In this document: positions 48,453-61,217 of the stretch, in pieces
How the letters are laid out: every line of letters starts with the position of its first letter
Position numbering within the stretch: position 1 is the stretch's first letter
Source: Zygnema circumcarinatum SAG 698-1b
Taxonomy: Eukaryota > Plantae > Zygnematophyceae
Direction of reading: 5' to 3'
Assembly: GCA_037447605.1 (NCBI GenBank)
Contig: CM074816.1
Span: forward strand, 2,570,525 to 2,634,524
DNA: 64,000 bases
The notes under the pieces: generated by a model
What the model was told of the DNA's origin: nothing
The model's input: the letters and a program-made list of their open reading frames with translations, nothing else
The model's database searches: none
Made by a program: the position numbers and the translations under genes

Positions 48453-48955
48453 TGTCACGGCTGAAATCTAACTCCTTCAGCCTGCGCGGAATAACACACC
48501 AGTACTCAGAGTTCAGCGAGAGAGGGAGCAAGAGAGAGAGAGAGAGCTTCAGAGAGTGGCGCAGCCCTCAGCAGGGGTGCCACCGAATGCCGGTACGTTG
48601 GTTGGGTGACGACAGTCACCCACGCCCCTTTACGCTTCCCCCGTCGAACCTCCTACCAGCATGGAGGATTGGAAGCAGGGTTGTCCAATGGCAGACTGCC
48701 ACGTGTCCCTCTCTCACCCGAATGGGTCAGAGGTGTACAACGTACAAACGCTCACCGCATTCCGCGGCACGCGCCGCGACGCGGCGCGCTGCCGTACGTC
48801 AGTGCACAGTCGGATCCTACGCGCGCGGCGCGGGGTCCGACTGTCAGCTCGTCCGTACCAACGGTGACCCGTAATTGTACGGACGACGGTTACGTTCCAA
48901 AACGTAAGGAAGATGTGGTCGGGATTCCGTGATCCCTTGACCACATCGGCGACGC
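48453..48955 (-). repeat. LTR of a related family inserted just upstream of the protease active site
   Basis: TGTCACGG boundary abuts IGGRSVVVLLDSG. Shares the ctcccc-gtcgaacc-ctaccagcatggagg motif with the other LTRs; runs into a gap. Confidence 0.6.
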
Positions 48956-49162
48956 NNNNNNNNNNNNNNNNNNNNNNNNNNNNNNNNNNNNNNNNNNNNN
49001 NNNNNNNNNNNNNNNNNNNNNNNNNNNNNNNNNNNNNNNNNNNNNNNNNNNNNNNNNNNNNNNNNNNNNNNNNNNNNNNNNNNNNNNNNNNNNNNNNNNN
49101 NNNNNNNNNNNNNNNNNNNNNNNNNNNNNNNNNNNNNNNNNNNNNNNNNNNNNNNNNNNNNN

Positions 49163-50870
49163 GTCCTCCACACCAAGGTGTAGGGTGACCCAACCAGCGA
49201 ACTGGTGGATCCTTCCATCGTCTGCACCAATTTGTGCCCTTTCCTCAACTGTTTCACCAACCGCCAAGTGGCGTTGGGAAAGGTGCGAACTGCCATGTGC
49301 TGAGGAACCAGCACATGCAGCCCAAGGACATGGGAGGTGTTTCCCATGACATGCAAAGCATCCATGGCACATTGCATGAGAACATCATCGCCCATGACAT
49401 TGAGGATAAAGACATGCCAATCACCATTCATCACTACATCCATAAACCCAGAAGGAGTCACTATAGTGGCAGGGGAATGAGAAATGGAAGAAGGAAGTAC
49501 ATCCAACACAAAGAGATCTTGCACTCTTAAAGGTCTGCCCACCAAGTTAAGAATGTCCAAGGTTCTAAGAAACAATAGTCTTTTATCCTTGATGGCAGCC
49601 CCATTCCCTCCCCCTAGCCTAGCATGTCCACCAGCAACGACCCCTAAGCTGCTGGTGGGTTGGGGTTTTCCGGCCCCTTGCCCTTCTTGTCCTTGGTGTT
49701 NNNNNNNNNNCAACTGAATGGCTGCATCAAAGTACAGCTCAGAGTCAGCGGGGTCCCACGGTTTCAGAGTCCGTGGGTTAGTTCTTAGCTGCTTCCTCAG
49801 GTGTGGCTTCAAGCCATTCCTGAAGTGGAAAAAGAACTCAGCCTGTCCAGGCTTGTGAGTGGTGATTTGAGGCACCACTTGACGCAGGTCTCGCAGAAAC
49901 TGCTTGACACTGCCGGTTTGGACCATGTTCTGAAATTTATCCCGGGCCTCCAAGCCGGGATCCAAGGCCCCAAAGTGTTTGATAAGTTCATCTCTGAACT
50001 TATCCCAATCGTCCCCAATCTCATCAGAGAGGCCCTCATACACACGCTATGCGGCTCCTCTGAGTGCTGGGTAAGCAAAGCTTACCCACTGGAGGGGACG
50101 GTTGGTCGCAAGAAGGTAACCCTTCGTTTGACCCAACCACTGCTCAATCGAGCAGTCCGTGGTAGGATGTTCGCCCCAAAAGGAAAGAGGGGCCACCTTG
50201 GCCCGATTCCGTCGGGCATCCTCAGTAGGTTGCGGGGGAGCAGTCCGAGGACTGGGATCTCCTCCGCCCCCAGCAGCTGCCCCCGACGGGGGTCCCCCAC
50301 TGCTGGGTGGTTCGCCACCCCCGTGGGGGTGACTCCCCCCCGTGGAAAAACCAGGGGGTCCGGACTTCTGCCGGCTGCTTCCGGCAGCCGGTTGGGGCGT
50401 CGGACAGACGACGCTTACCGCAGTGGTAAGCCCAACCCGTCCCGGGGACTGCTTGCATCTCTGACCTCTACGGCTGAGGAGGGTTGGGCATACCTTCACC
50501 GATCCTCGAACTTTGTCCATGAGCCCGGAACTCCATTTGGGCGTGTCCACCAGCGGACCGTGAGCTCCATAATAGATCCCACGCCTACCGTGCAAGCCAT
50601 GGTGGCGGCTATTGCGTCACATCCCTCCCGGATCTTACGTCCTCTTCTTCATCTTTGGGGCAGCCCACGATGTGTGGGCCCCAATCATGGGATCGGCGGA
50701 TTCAACCGGAGCCAGCGGCTCCGGTGGCACGGGAGGAAGGGCAGCAGTCACCGGATGGCCTTGGTCATCCGTGGGCTCGGGACTGGGCCCCTCCATGGGG
50801 ACGGCCGCAGTCTCCGAGTTCTCCTCCATCACCTCGTCCCGGGGAACAGGTGGTGGAGGTGGCGGCCCAG
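49163..50870 (-). CDS. Chromovirus gag plus frameshifted pol N-terminal extension
   Basis: Gag motif DWDKFRDELIKHFGALDPGLEARDKFQNMVQTGSV..FRNGLKPHL, then TSSLGVVAGG..DILNLVG..IVTPSGF..GDWHVFILN in the -1 frame. Confidence 0.8.
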
Positions 50871-53428
50871 TGTAACAACCTGCCCCCCCCGGCAGGCTAC
50901 TCTGAGAGTCTAAGTGTCAAAGAGAGAGGAGAGAGTGGGAGGAGGCGTGGGCTCAATCTTGTTGAGAGCTCCAGATGGTCTCTCTCCCCATCAGTACTTA
51001 TAAGCTCCCCGGGTTGAACCCCCTACCCGGCATGTGGAGGGCCGGGGAGGCGGAGCTGCTTAATCCCGGAGCCGCCCGTGGCGTGAGATCATAGCAGGGA
51101 TTATAGGCTGGGACAAGCCCGTGGTCGCCCGCATCAGGGGCAGCGTGCGTGGCCAGCGGCGGCGCGTGAATGCCCGGCGCCTGCGGCTAGAATACGGCGA
51201 GTCGGACACATTCGACCATCCCACGTCAGGTCAATACGGGCGGTACTTATCAAAAGAGCGCCGCCCGCATCTGGCGAATTGGCGCGCCCGGCGGCCCGGC
51301 GCCTGCGGCAAATCTCGGCCCGCGGGGATCCGTATGTCGGTAAATCCGTACACCTGCCACGGACGACCAGTACGATCAAAGGAATACACCCCTTAACAAG
51401 GATCGAGCCCAAGACCTCTAGCGGTCTTGGCGGCGTCTAACTTTCCTATCCGCTAGAGATGAAGGATGATCATAGTATCACTACGCTAAGGTACGCCGCC
51501 TCAGTCCTGGCGATTCACTACATTACTCCCCGTGAGTTATGTGAGCGTACGTTCCAGCAGGGGAAAAAGTAATCTTGGCAGCCCTTGGGTTTGAGAGGTA
51601 TTAAGGTCTGCATGCCAGGGGGTATACTGAAGGGCTTCAGCGTTAATCGGTCAAGTCCCTTTCGAGTAGCGTGGGGCCGGTTCGGGAACCCCCTAGCAGC
51701 CCTTGCCAAAGCCTACTGGCGGTGTCGCCTCAATCTGGGGCTCGTGCAATTTTAGCCAGTTATATAAGATTTCCCGCACGTGCTATGTTCAACCCCATAG
51801 CCCAACCATTTCACGAGATATTCGTGGCGGGAAGTCTGACCTCTACTCACTGTCCTGTGTGTCTGAATGGCTTCAACCTCATACTCGAGATCACCTTCAA
51901 CTTCCACTGGAGGGGGAGGTGGTTGGACTCTCCCATCGCTGCGGTATGCCTTAAGGAGACCCACATGAAAGACCGGATGCACTTTCATACCAGGCGGTAC
52001 GAAATAACCCGATGGCGACACTCATCCGTTAAAACTTCATGACCGTAAAGGTCCTCATGAGCAAGGCCATAACTAGACCATGCGTGAAGTGCGCGGCGCA
52101 AGTTCGTAGTACTTTCAGTACGTCGCCCTCGGCAAAGGTTAATGCAACTTACGGCGATGCGGCATAGGCTTTTACGCGCGTGGGCTGCTAGCGGGGATTA
52201 CTGGCCCTGCATAACACCTCCAGACATTTCCGAGGTAAGCTGCTTGAGGAGGTTGGCTGCATGGCTCCTCCTTCCCCGGATCTGGGGAACTGTGGTATCG
52301 CATCTGGGCTGGCGATCTCTCAGGTACGTAGAGATTTAGAGGATCTTGGCAAAGTTCAAGAAGAAAGGAGTGGTATTGATTGATTCCTGGAATGCATTGT
52401 TAATGGCATACTCAGCCACCGGGAGCAGTTCATCCCATCCATCCGGGATGGGTCCCACATAATGCCTCAAATAGTCCTCCAGAATCCGGTTCACCCGCTC
52501 AGTTTGGCCATCTGTCTAAGGGTGGAAGGCTGTACTCATGGCCTGCTTAGTCCCGATAATACGGAGGATTTCCTTCCAAAAATGTCGCACATGAAGATAG
52601 GGTATCCGCGATGCGAGATGATCTGGGGTTGAAGTCCTATCTTGCGACTCAGGACCTTGTCAACGCATATAGCCGTGCTTCTATTTCGTGACACCCGCCC
52701 AGTCTTAGCGATGGTGCAGGCCACCCATTTTGCCGGTGGTCGACAAACCGCGAGGATGGGGTCAAACGAGGCATCCGCGAGGTAAATCGCGTGATTAAGT
52801 CCATACCCACGCTCGCCGCTTCACACCCATGTAGAGGCGGTTGTAACAACCGAGCCGCGAGGTCACGCGTCGCGAGGCTTATCCCGCGGAGACAAGTTGG
52901 GCATCGCGGTATGCACGGCTTCCGTCAGTTGTAATTCCGGGCCACCAGAATTCACCGGAGAGTGCTACGCGGGTTTTAGCGCTCCCATATGGCCCACAAT
53001 GCGGTCGTGCATCTCACCGGTATGAGCTGCGTCTGAGATCGGTAGCAGGTGCGACCTAGCGCTTGCTCATTAGTACCAAAACTGCGTTTTGACACCCGAG
53101 CTTGTTCTTATAGCATTGCGCCAGCCCGTCCGGGGAACAAAAGGATCACCCGGTGTACCCCTCACGAATCATGCATAAATCGGAAGGCGGGAGGGTTGGC
53201 TCGCGTCATTGGTGGAAGGGTTTATGACAAAACATACTGGAGATGTAAACGCTGGGTTGGCCGGCCCTTCGTCTCCACCATCTCGTACCACCAACACTCG
53301 AGTCGACGCGAGCGCATCATCCAGGCTAGATGAATGGGTTGCCTGCTCAGTGGGTCCGCTACATTCAGCCTCCCAGGCCTGTATACCCACTTGCAGTCGA
53401 ACCGTTGGAGGAACTTCAGAGACCGGCG

Positions 53429-55200
53429 TCACTGTAGCCTTTCGAAAGAGTTCTTTGCGTGGAGAGGAACGTGGAGTGGGCGGTGAGGTCCGTGACCGTG
53501 AAGCTGCCACCGCCCCTCTAAAATAACAGCGCCATGTCCTGAGCGTGAACCACGGCTCCAAGAGCTCTTGCTGTGGCGAGGAGTAGTTCGCTCAGGCTGG
53601 GGTTCATGCTTACAGCTTTTGTAAGCAAGAGGTTGATGGAGTCTTGGAACAAGACGCACCGCGAACCCAGAGGCGTCACAGACCACCTCATACGGTAAGG
53701 TGGGATCAGCCAACCTCAACGTAGGTGCTGTTACAAGCGCATGTCTAACACCATCAAAGGCCGTCTGGCATTCTGGTGTCCACGCATAGGTGACACCGGA
53801 ACGTGTCAAGTTGGTAAGGGGTGTTACCAACTTACTAAAGCCTTGGATAAATTTACGAAAATAATTCGCAAATCCAAGAAAAGATCGCAACTGATATAGA
53901 TTAGCCGGTACAACCCATGTCTTTACAGCAGACACCTTGGCTGGATCAGGTTTCAATCCCTGATCATTCAAGATATGCCCAAGATACAACAGCTCACGTT
54001 GCATGAAGTTACATTTCTTTCGCTTGGCAACAAACGTGTGTTTCCGCAACACCTCGAACACTTTGCGCACATGCACAAGATGCTCAGCGTCTGTCTTGCT
54101 GAATACCAGGATATCATCCAAGTAAACAAGGACAAACTCATCCATGCCGACGAACATTTCGTTCATCACGGCTTGGAAGGTAGCCGGAGCATTGGTCAGT
54201 CCAAAAGGTAGCACCTTGTATTGGAAATGGCCAATCGGCGTCCGAAAAGCCGTCTTAGGTACATCAGCGTCCGTGACACGGATCTGATGATACCCTTGCG
54301 CAAGATCAAGCGAGGTGAATACTTTCGCCCCCTGCAGACGATCTAGCAAATCGTCAATGCGCGGTAAAGCAAATCTGTTCTTTACCGTGATCTTGTTAAG
54401 TGCCCGATAATCGATGCACATACGCAAAGACCCATCCTTTTTACCAACGAAGAGGATGGGAGCCCCAAAGGGACTCTGGCTGGGTTCAATCCAGCCCTTA
54501 TCACGCAGGTTAGCGAGTTGCTTTCGCATCTCCTCAGTCTCCTTTGGACTAAGCCTATAGATAGGCCTCCAAGGAGGTGTCTCTTCTGGTTCAAGGGGTA
54601 TGGTATGCCCCACCCCTCGGGCTGGAGGCAAACCCCTTGGCAGATCGTCTGGGAACACATCCTCAAACGCCTTCAACAAAGGTTGAAACACAGTTGGGAC
54701 AGATGGCATTGTTTCACCCGCAGTGGGTTGCCATTCCTGATCCCCGTCATGAGCGTCCTCGGTTGCCGTCATGACTTGCACCATAAACAAGATGCTACTC
54801 GTTTTTAGTGCTTTGCCCAATTGCATGGCGGAGCACAGAAACGACAAAGATGACTGCGACGAGGCTGGTCCCGAAGGAGTGCCTGGTTGCAGCGTTATGC
54901 GTCTTCCCTCACTGCGGAGGACGCAGTTAGGGATAACAAAATCTAGCTGAGCGCCCATAAGCGTCAGCCATTTGCTCCCCAAGATGAAGTCTGTCCTTGG
55001 GGCCAACAATGTCAACAAGCAGTTGACTACCCCGGAGTAAAACTGCATCTTCAACTTCACGCTGACGCTGCCAGAAATCTGGCCCGTGCGTCCATCCTCG
55101 AAAGTTACACTATCGGAATGAGGCTGGACTGCAAACCCTGCAGTCCTCACAAAGGCTGCGCTAACAAAGTTAGCGTCCGCGCCAGTGTCCAGCAGAATGA
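53429..55200 (-). CDS. pol: protease, reverse transcriptase, RNase H
   Basis: AVILLDTGADANFV, LRMCIDYRALNKIT, YLDDILVFS, FLGFANYFRKFI, VVCDASG. Frame breaks down after ~53650. Confidence 0.93.
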
Positions 55201-57032
55201 CTGCTCAGTGCCCATCGGCTGAACCTTGAAAGGTCATTGCACGATGAGCCAAGTGGAAAATGGACCGTAGCACATTTGGTGCGTGGGGACGCGCGGTCCG
55301 CCACACGAGGGAATGTGGAGATTTCACCAGCACATGGGTGGGAGCTCCAGACATCCACCTAAGAAGGGAGAAGCCCTTTTTCCATAGCTTTACCACTTTC
55401 CAATCAGTCTGTGCATCAGCCCTAACTGCCACATGTTGTGGGAGCAGGACTCGCAGACTGAGCACATGGTCCTTCGACCGCAGTAAGCGCAAGGCATCAA
55501 ATGCACACTGCACTAAGGCATCACTGCCCATGGCATTCAAGATAATTACATGCCATTCACCCATCAAGACAGCATTCCGAAATGCTGTTGGAGTCACAAT
55601 CATAGAAGGTAGCAATGAATAATCAGTGGGCACAACAATGCACACAAACAACATGTTCCCACTGAAAACTCCCCCAATCACTTTTAGAATGTCATCCTTC
55701 CCTGGAATACAACATTCTTCACCAGTGATAGCAGCTAAAGCGCTGCCCCCTCTTCTATCTATCCCACCGGCAGGGACTCCTAAACTGCTGGTGGGGGCCC
55801 GTTTTCCGCCGGCCCTTTCCCCTTTCTATCTTTCTTGAAAGATGGGCAGTCGTAAGACCTATGCCCCACCTTCCTGCAGCGGAAACACTTGTTCTCCGCT
55901 TTCAAAGCCTCCATCTCCTGTGGAGCCAGTTTCGGCGTTGGAGGCCGTTGAAACTGCTGAGGGTGAGAGGAAGTTGCCTTCCTCTTGCCCGTTCCCCTTT
56001 GGACGACCGCTCGGCCCGCCAGGCTTCCGCGGTTGGTCCANNNNNNNNNNCCAATGATCAATTGGGCAGTCGGCATGCGGCCGATCCCCCCATAAGGAGA
56101 TCGGAGGGACCTTCGCCCGATTTCTCGGGGGAGGGTCCTGCAAAGCCGGGGCGGACCCCCCAATGGGGTCGCCCCGTCCGCCAACAGCACCAGCCGAAGG
56201 TGGATTGCTGCCTGGCGGTCCGCCACCTCCTTCAAAGAGGCGAGGCTGGCGAGCGCTCCGCCGAAGGGAAGCGGCGGCGCCCGGGCAGGCTGGCCCGAGG
56301 CTGGGAGCGCCACAATGGACCCGTCTCTTGCCGGATGCTTGGGGCCAGGCGGGAGGTACTGTTCATCTCTGAGCCCAGCTGGCTCACTCTATTTCCCCCC
56401 CATAGGGCGCGCCTCTCCCCTCTTTATGCTCGGCTAAGACCACGGGGAGGGAGGCGGTGGGCTGATGGGCCCCGGAGGGAGGGTCCCCTTGATTACGTAG
56501 AGCCCTGCTCCAAAGATCCTCGCCGAGGCGCATCTTCAGCGTTCTGGCACGGAAAGGCATCTTGGCGGCTCGCCATTGAGCCCGGCGCCCCTCCCCTCCA
56601 GCCTTGAGAAGGCACTGTATCATAGCAGCCTCGCCCGTGAAGGACTACCGCGTCCCCATCCGCGAGGGATAGGCACCCCCATCTTGTGAGGGGGTGTCGG
56701 TTGCTCTACCCGCGAGGCGGCCCTTCCGACCTACGTGAGCCTGCAGTGGGCGTTGCGCTCCATGCGAGGCTGCGACCCTTATTTGCTCACAGCGTGGCTA
56801 CAGCGCCAAAGTTCGACCTCGTGAAGAAGGGGAGGTGGTAGAAGGCGGAAGGCCGTGTCCATGGGGTCGCCGAAGTCGCGCCCCTGGTTCGCGCCCATGT
56901 CCACGTCCTCCTCCGAATCGGGAGAGGGAGGAGGTGAATGGCGTGACGCCATTTGCTTCGGCCGCGCCCTCGGCATCGCCTAGCAGAGCTTGCTAGCCCC
57001 ACCCCAAAAGAAAAACCCGCGATCTAAACGCG

Positions 57033-57044
57033 GCTCTGATACCA
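57033..57044 (-). promoter_or_regulatory. Primer-binding site for tRNA-iMet
   Basis: TGGTATCAGAGC 1 nt after the LTR end ...TTACA. Confidence 0.92.
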
Positions 57045-57708
57045 ATGTAACAACCTGCCCCCCCGGCAGGCTGCTCCGAAAGTCTAAGTGTCAAAGAGAG
57101 AGAAGGAGAGAGAGTCAAAGGAGCGTGAGCTCAATGCTGGTACAAAGAGCTCCGATGGTCTCCCATCGGTAGCATTACTCGCTCCCCGTTGAACCCCTAC
57201 CGGCATGGAGGACGAGGCGGGGCCTTGTCGAGGAGCCGCCGGCGTGGCTGGCGGAGATCATGGCACCGAGTTATGGGCTGGGGACAAGCCCGTGGTCTCG
57301 CCGCTCTCACGGGGCGCGTGAATTGGCCCAGCAGCAGCGCCATCATCTTGGCGGCGCGGCTAGAAATCAGCGAGTGAACACAATAAACTCCCGCCAAATG
57401 CAATGCAGGGCGGTACATATCCAAAAGAATACGCCCGCATCTTCGCCCGGAGTCAGCGCCGCCCGGCAGCATCTTTGCATCAAGCAGCGCCCATTAAATC
57501 TCTGTACGCAGGATCCGTATGTCGGTGCGTCCGGCCCACCTGTACAGACGATATCTGGAAATCAAAAGTCCCGCCGCAACAAGGATGAGCCCCGGAGCCT
57601 CCTGCGGTCTTGGCGGCGTCTAACCCTATCCGCTAGAGATGAAGGATAGTCATAATATCACTATGAGTGTCGCCTCCCGAGTCCTTATTTACATGGCGTT
57701 ACGCTACA

Positions 57709-59590
57709 TTACTCCCCGTGGTATGTGAGCGTACCGTTCAGCGGGGAAAAATAATCTTGGCAGCCAGCGGTTTAAGAGGTAGTAGGTCTCATGCGGGGTA
57801 TGCGAAGAGCTGGCGTTAATCGGTCAAGTCCGCTTTTCAGAGTAAGCGTGGGCCGATTCCGGGAACCCCCACAACGCCACTTGCCCGGCTCACCGGCGGT
57901 GTCGCCTCCGGTACAATCTCGGGGAGCTCAGATGGAATTTGGCCGGATTGCTGCGTTCCCAGCGTGCTATATTTAAACCCATGGCCCCAACCATTTCCGC
58001 GAGATACTGAAGTAGCGGGAAATCACGACCTCTACTCACAGTCTTGTGGGTTTGAATGGCTTCAACCTCATACTCGAGGTCACCTTCAACTTCCACTGGA
58101 GGGGGAGGTGGTTGGACTCTCCCATCGCTGCGGTATGCCTTAAGAAGACCCACATGAAAGACCGGATGCACTTTCATATGAGCCGGTAAAGCCAACCGGT
58201 AAGCGACCTCATCGATTCGCTTCATGACCGTAAAAGGTCCCATGAAGCAAGGCCATAACTACGAGGTTCGCCCGTAAGTCTGCGGCCGCAAGTTAGGTAC
58301 TTCGGCGATACTGATAAGCCACAAACGGGATTGTCACGACGGCGGCGATCGGCATAGGCTGCGTGGCGGGGGCGCTAACGAGTGCGCATTTCTGTAGCAT
58401 ACCGGTTTTCGGTGAAGCATACTTGGCGGGGAGGTTGACTCACGCTGAGCTCCTCATGCCCCAGGATGCGGGGCTTTGTGAACATCCATGTTCACACATC
58501 TGGCTCTTGATCTCTTGGAAATTTTGAGGATTTAGAGGATCTTGACCAAAGTTCAAGAAGAAAGGAGTGGTATTGATTGATTCCTGGAATGCATTGTTAA
58601 TGGCATACTCAGCCACCGGGAGCAGTTCATCCCATCCATCCGGGATGGGTCCCACATAATGCCTCAAATAGTCCTCCAGAATCCGGTTCACCCGCTCAGT
58701 TTGGCCATCTGTCTGAGGGTGGAAGGCTGTACTCATGGCCTGCTTAGTCCCGATAATACGGAGGATTTCCTTCCAAAAATGTCCTGTGAATCGGGTATCA
58801 CGATCTGAGATGATCTCAGATTGAAGTCCATGCTGACTCCAGACCTTGTCAACATATAGCCGTCTTTATTTGCATTTCGGCGCCGCGTCTTAGAGTGGGC
58901 GCAAAATGCACCACCATTTTGCTCGAGGCTGATCGACAAACCGCGAGGGATGGAGTCCCGCAGGTTCGCAATTGCATCTGTGATTAAGTCCATACCCACA
59001 CTCTCCCACTTCCTGTAAGGAGGGGCGAGGGGCTGTAGCAAGCCAGGCACAGGTCCCGTGCGAGGCTTATCCCGCAGACAAGTTGGGCATGCGAGTACAT
59101 ACGCTTCCACGTCCGCTGTAATTCCGGGCCACCANNNNNNNNNNNNNNNNNNNNNNNNNNNNNNNNNNNNNNNNNNNNNNNNNNNNNNNNNNNNNNNNNC
59201 TGTACGGAGGATCGTGCATCTCACTCAGTATGAGCTGCCGTACAGATCCAGCCTTGGGTACGACTAACTGCTTATCGTGGTACCAAAAACCGTTTTTGAG
59301 CACGAGCTTGTTCTTATAGCCATTGCCTTGGCCGTCCAGGAACAAAGGATCACCAGTGTACCCCTCCTGAATCATCTGTCTGAAATCAGAGAGAGCAGGA
59401 GGGTTGACTACGTCATTGGTGGAGGGGTTTATGACAAAACATACTGGAGATGTAAACGCTGTTGGCCGGCCCTTCGTCCACACCTCTCGTACCACCAACA
59501 CTCGAGTCGACGAGCGCATCATCCAGGCTAGATGAATGGGTTGCTTGCTAAGTGGGTCCGCTACATTCAGCCTCCCAGGCCTGTATACCN
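57709..59590 (-). mobile_element. 3' half of another copy of the same chromovirus (integrase, chromodomain, PPT) ending in the 57046-57708 LTR
   Basis: CPTC.RDK..KWESVGMDLIT, STAFHPQTDGQTERVNR, GPFTV..HPVFHVGLLK..YEVEAI, then PPT GGGGAGTAA directly before the LTR. Confidence 0.85.
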
Positions 59591-59599
59591 NNNNNNNNN

Positions 59600-59761
59600 A
59601 CGCTGGTAGAGGGTTCGACGGGGGGAGCGTATAAAGGGGCGTGGAGCGTATGCAATTGTATCAGAGATGCTGCACTTGCATACACTCTGGAAACCAGCAT
59701 TATACATTCATGTGACTTAGTCTCTAGCAGGTTTTGGGCTTGGAGCTCAAGGCTTGTTACA
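59600..59761 (+). repeat. 3' end of an LTR inserted in the opposite orientation
   Basis: Reads ...gtgacttagtctctagcagg..ctcaaggcttgttaca, homologous to the LTR end at 43300-43225 but on the + strand. It interrupts the pol extension at ILNPSGNVS. Confidence 0.75.
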
Positions 59762-61032
59762 GACACATTACCTGAAGGATTCAAAATCCAAACAGCCAAT
59801 TGTTCTCCATTCATCACAACATTCATGAAAGAGTCAGGAGTCACGATTAAGGAAATCGAGAATGGAATCACATTCAGATGCTCAGGACACAAAGTCACAA
59901 ATACATCATGGTCATCCGGCTGTCTGCCCATCACTTTCAAAATGTCAAGAGGTTGTGGTACAAGCAAGCCTCTAGAACTGATAGCAGCAGCTGCAATCCT
60001 TAATCCATCTTCTCCACCTGCAGCGACTCCTACACTGCTGGTGGTGTGCCGTTTTCCGGCCCTTTTCCCTTCTTGTCCTTGATGCTTTGCGGACAGTCCT
60101 TCGCCATATGGCCAGACTGCTGGCATCGAAAACAACGTCCTTCCTTCTTCATCTTCTCCATTTCCTGTGGAGTAAGCTTCTGCACCTTCGCAGAAGGCTG
60201 TGGGGCAGAGGTTGCACTCGGCTTCCTCTTCTACGGATTTGCCCCCTTAAGCTTCGGAAATGAAGGGAAGAGCTTCCGGTCGGCCTCTAGAGGTGGTGGA
60301 CGTGAAGGCCCGGCGCTGCCGCCAGGAAAGGAATCAGCTTGCAAAGCCGCCGCGTAGAAGAATTCTGCATCCACGGGCTCCCACGGTTGAGATGTACGTG
60401 GATTTAATCGCAATTCCTTCTTCAAATGCGGCTTCAGGCCCATTCAGAAGTGATAAAACACTGCTTCATCAGTAAGACGATGTGTCTTAATGAGTGACAC
60501 CGTCATACGCAGATCTCGCAAGAACTTCTTGGCACTACCAGTTTGTACCATATTGTGGTACCTTTGACGCGCTTCCATTCCAGGATCCAAAACCCCAAAA
60601 TGACGCTCAAGTTCCTTGCGGAATTTCTCCCAATCACTCCCAATCTTAGTGGCTAAGCTCTCGTATACACGATAGACATCGCCGCGAAGTGATGGATAGG
60701 AAAAATTCACCCACTTCAATAGAACAGTCGGTTGCAGGGTGTTCTCCCCAAGGAGAAATGGGGGTTACCTTGGCCCTGTTCCTCGAAGACCAATCTTGAG
60801 GNNNNNNNNNNCCATCTGCGCCATCTCTTGTCTTTGGGTCACAAGGAGAGTCTCGTACTGACCAATCTTGGCCTGAACCCCTCGCACGTCTTTCTTAAGG
60901 TTCAAGGCTGCTCCGGCAGTGATGTTCGTCTCAGCCGCAGGTGGCGGTGGAGGATCATTCTGAATGGGTGCAGGAGGCGCTTGCTCCGGGCTGCTGCAAG
61001 GAGACGGGCTGTAGTCGATGAGAGAAGGACCC
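59762..61032 (-). CDS. gag (with zinc knuckle) and frameshifted pol N-terminal extension of the 43225-61507 element
   Basis: DWEKFRKELERHFGVLDPGMEARQRYHNMVQTGS, CFRCQQSGHMAKDC, then TSSVGVAAGG..DILKVMG..IVTPDSF in the -1 frame. Confidence 0.82.
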
Positions 61033-61217
61033 CGTGGATTTGCCGTCTCATCNNNNNNNNNNNNNNNNNNNNNNNNNNNNNNNNNNNNNNNNNNNNNNNN
61101 NNNNNNNNNNNNNNNNNNNNNNNNNNNNNNNNNNNNNNNNNNNNNNNNNNNNNNNNNNNNNNNNNNNNNNNNNNNNNNNNNNNNNNNNNNNNNNNNNNNN
61201 NNNNNNNNNNNNNNNNC

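Larger units (their letters stand above)
50871..57708 (-). mobile_element. Full-length (degenerate) chromovirus element, ~6.8 kb: LTR-PBS-gag-pol-chromo-PPT-LTR
   Basis: LTRs 57708-57046 and 51522-50871 (TGTAG...TTGTTACA); PBS TGGTATCAGAGC at 57044-57033; zinc knuckle CFRCRKVGHRSYDC; LLDTGAD protease; RT/RH ORF 55150-53429; chromodomain 52021-51752; PPT at 51523. Confidence 0.9.

Noticed and set aside
51523-53650. Programmed frameshifts in integrase/RNase H
   Set aside because: Dense scattered 1 bp indels, also seen at 56000-59500, indicate decay or noisy long-read gap fill and not recoding.
59552-60082. Antisense ORFs (also 55260-55622 and 49801-50913) as extra retroelement genes
   Set aside because: They are explained as reverse-frame shadows of gag and the pol extension plus an inverted LTR; they are not independently conserved.
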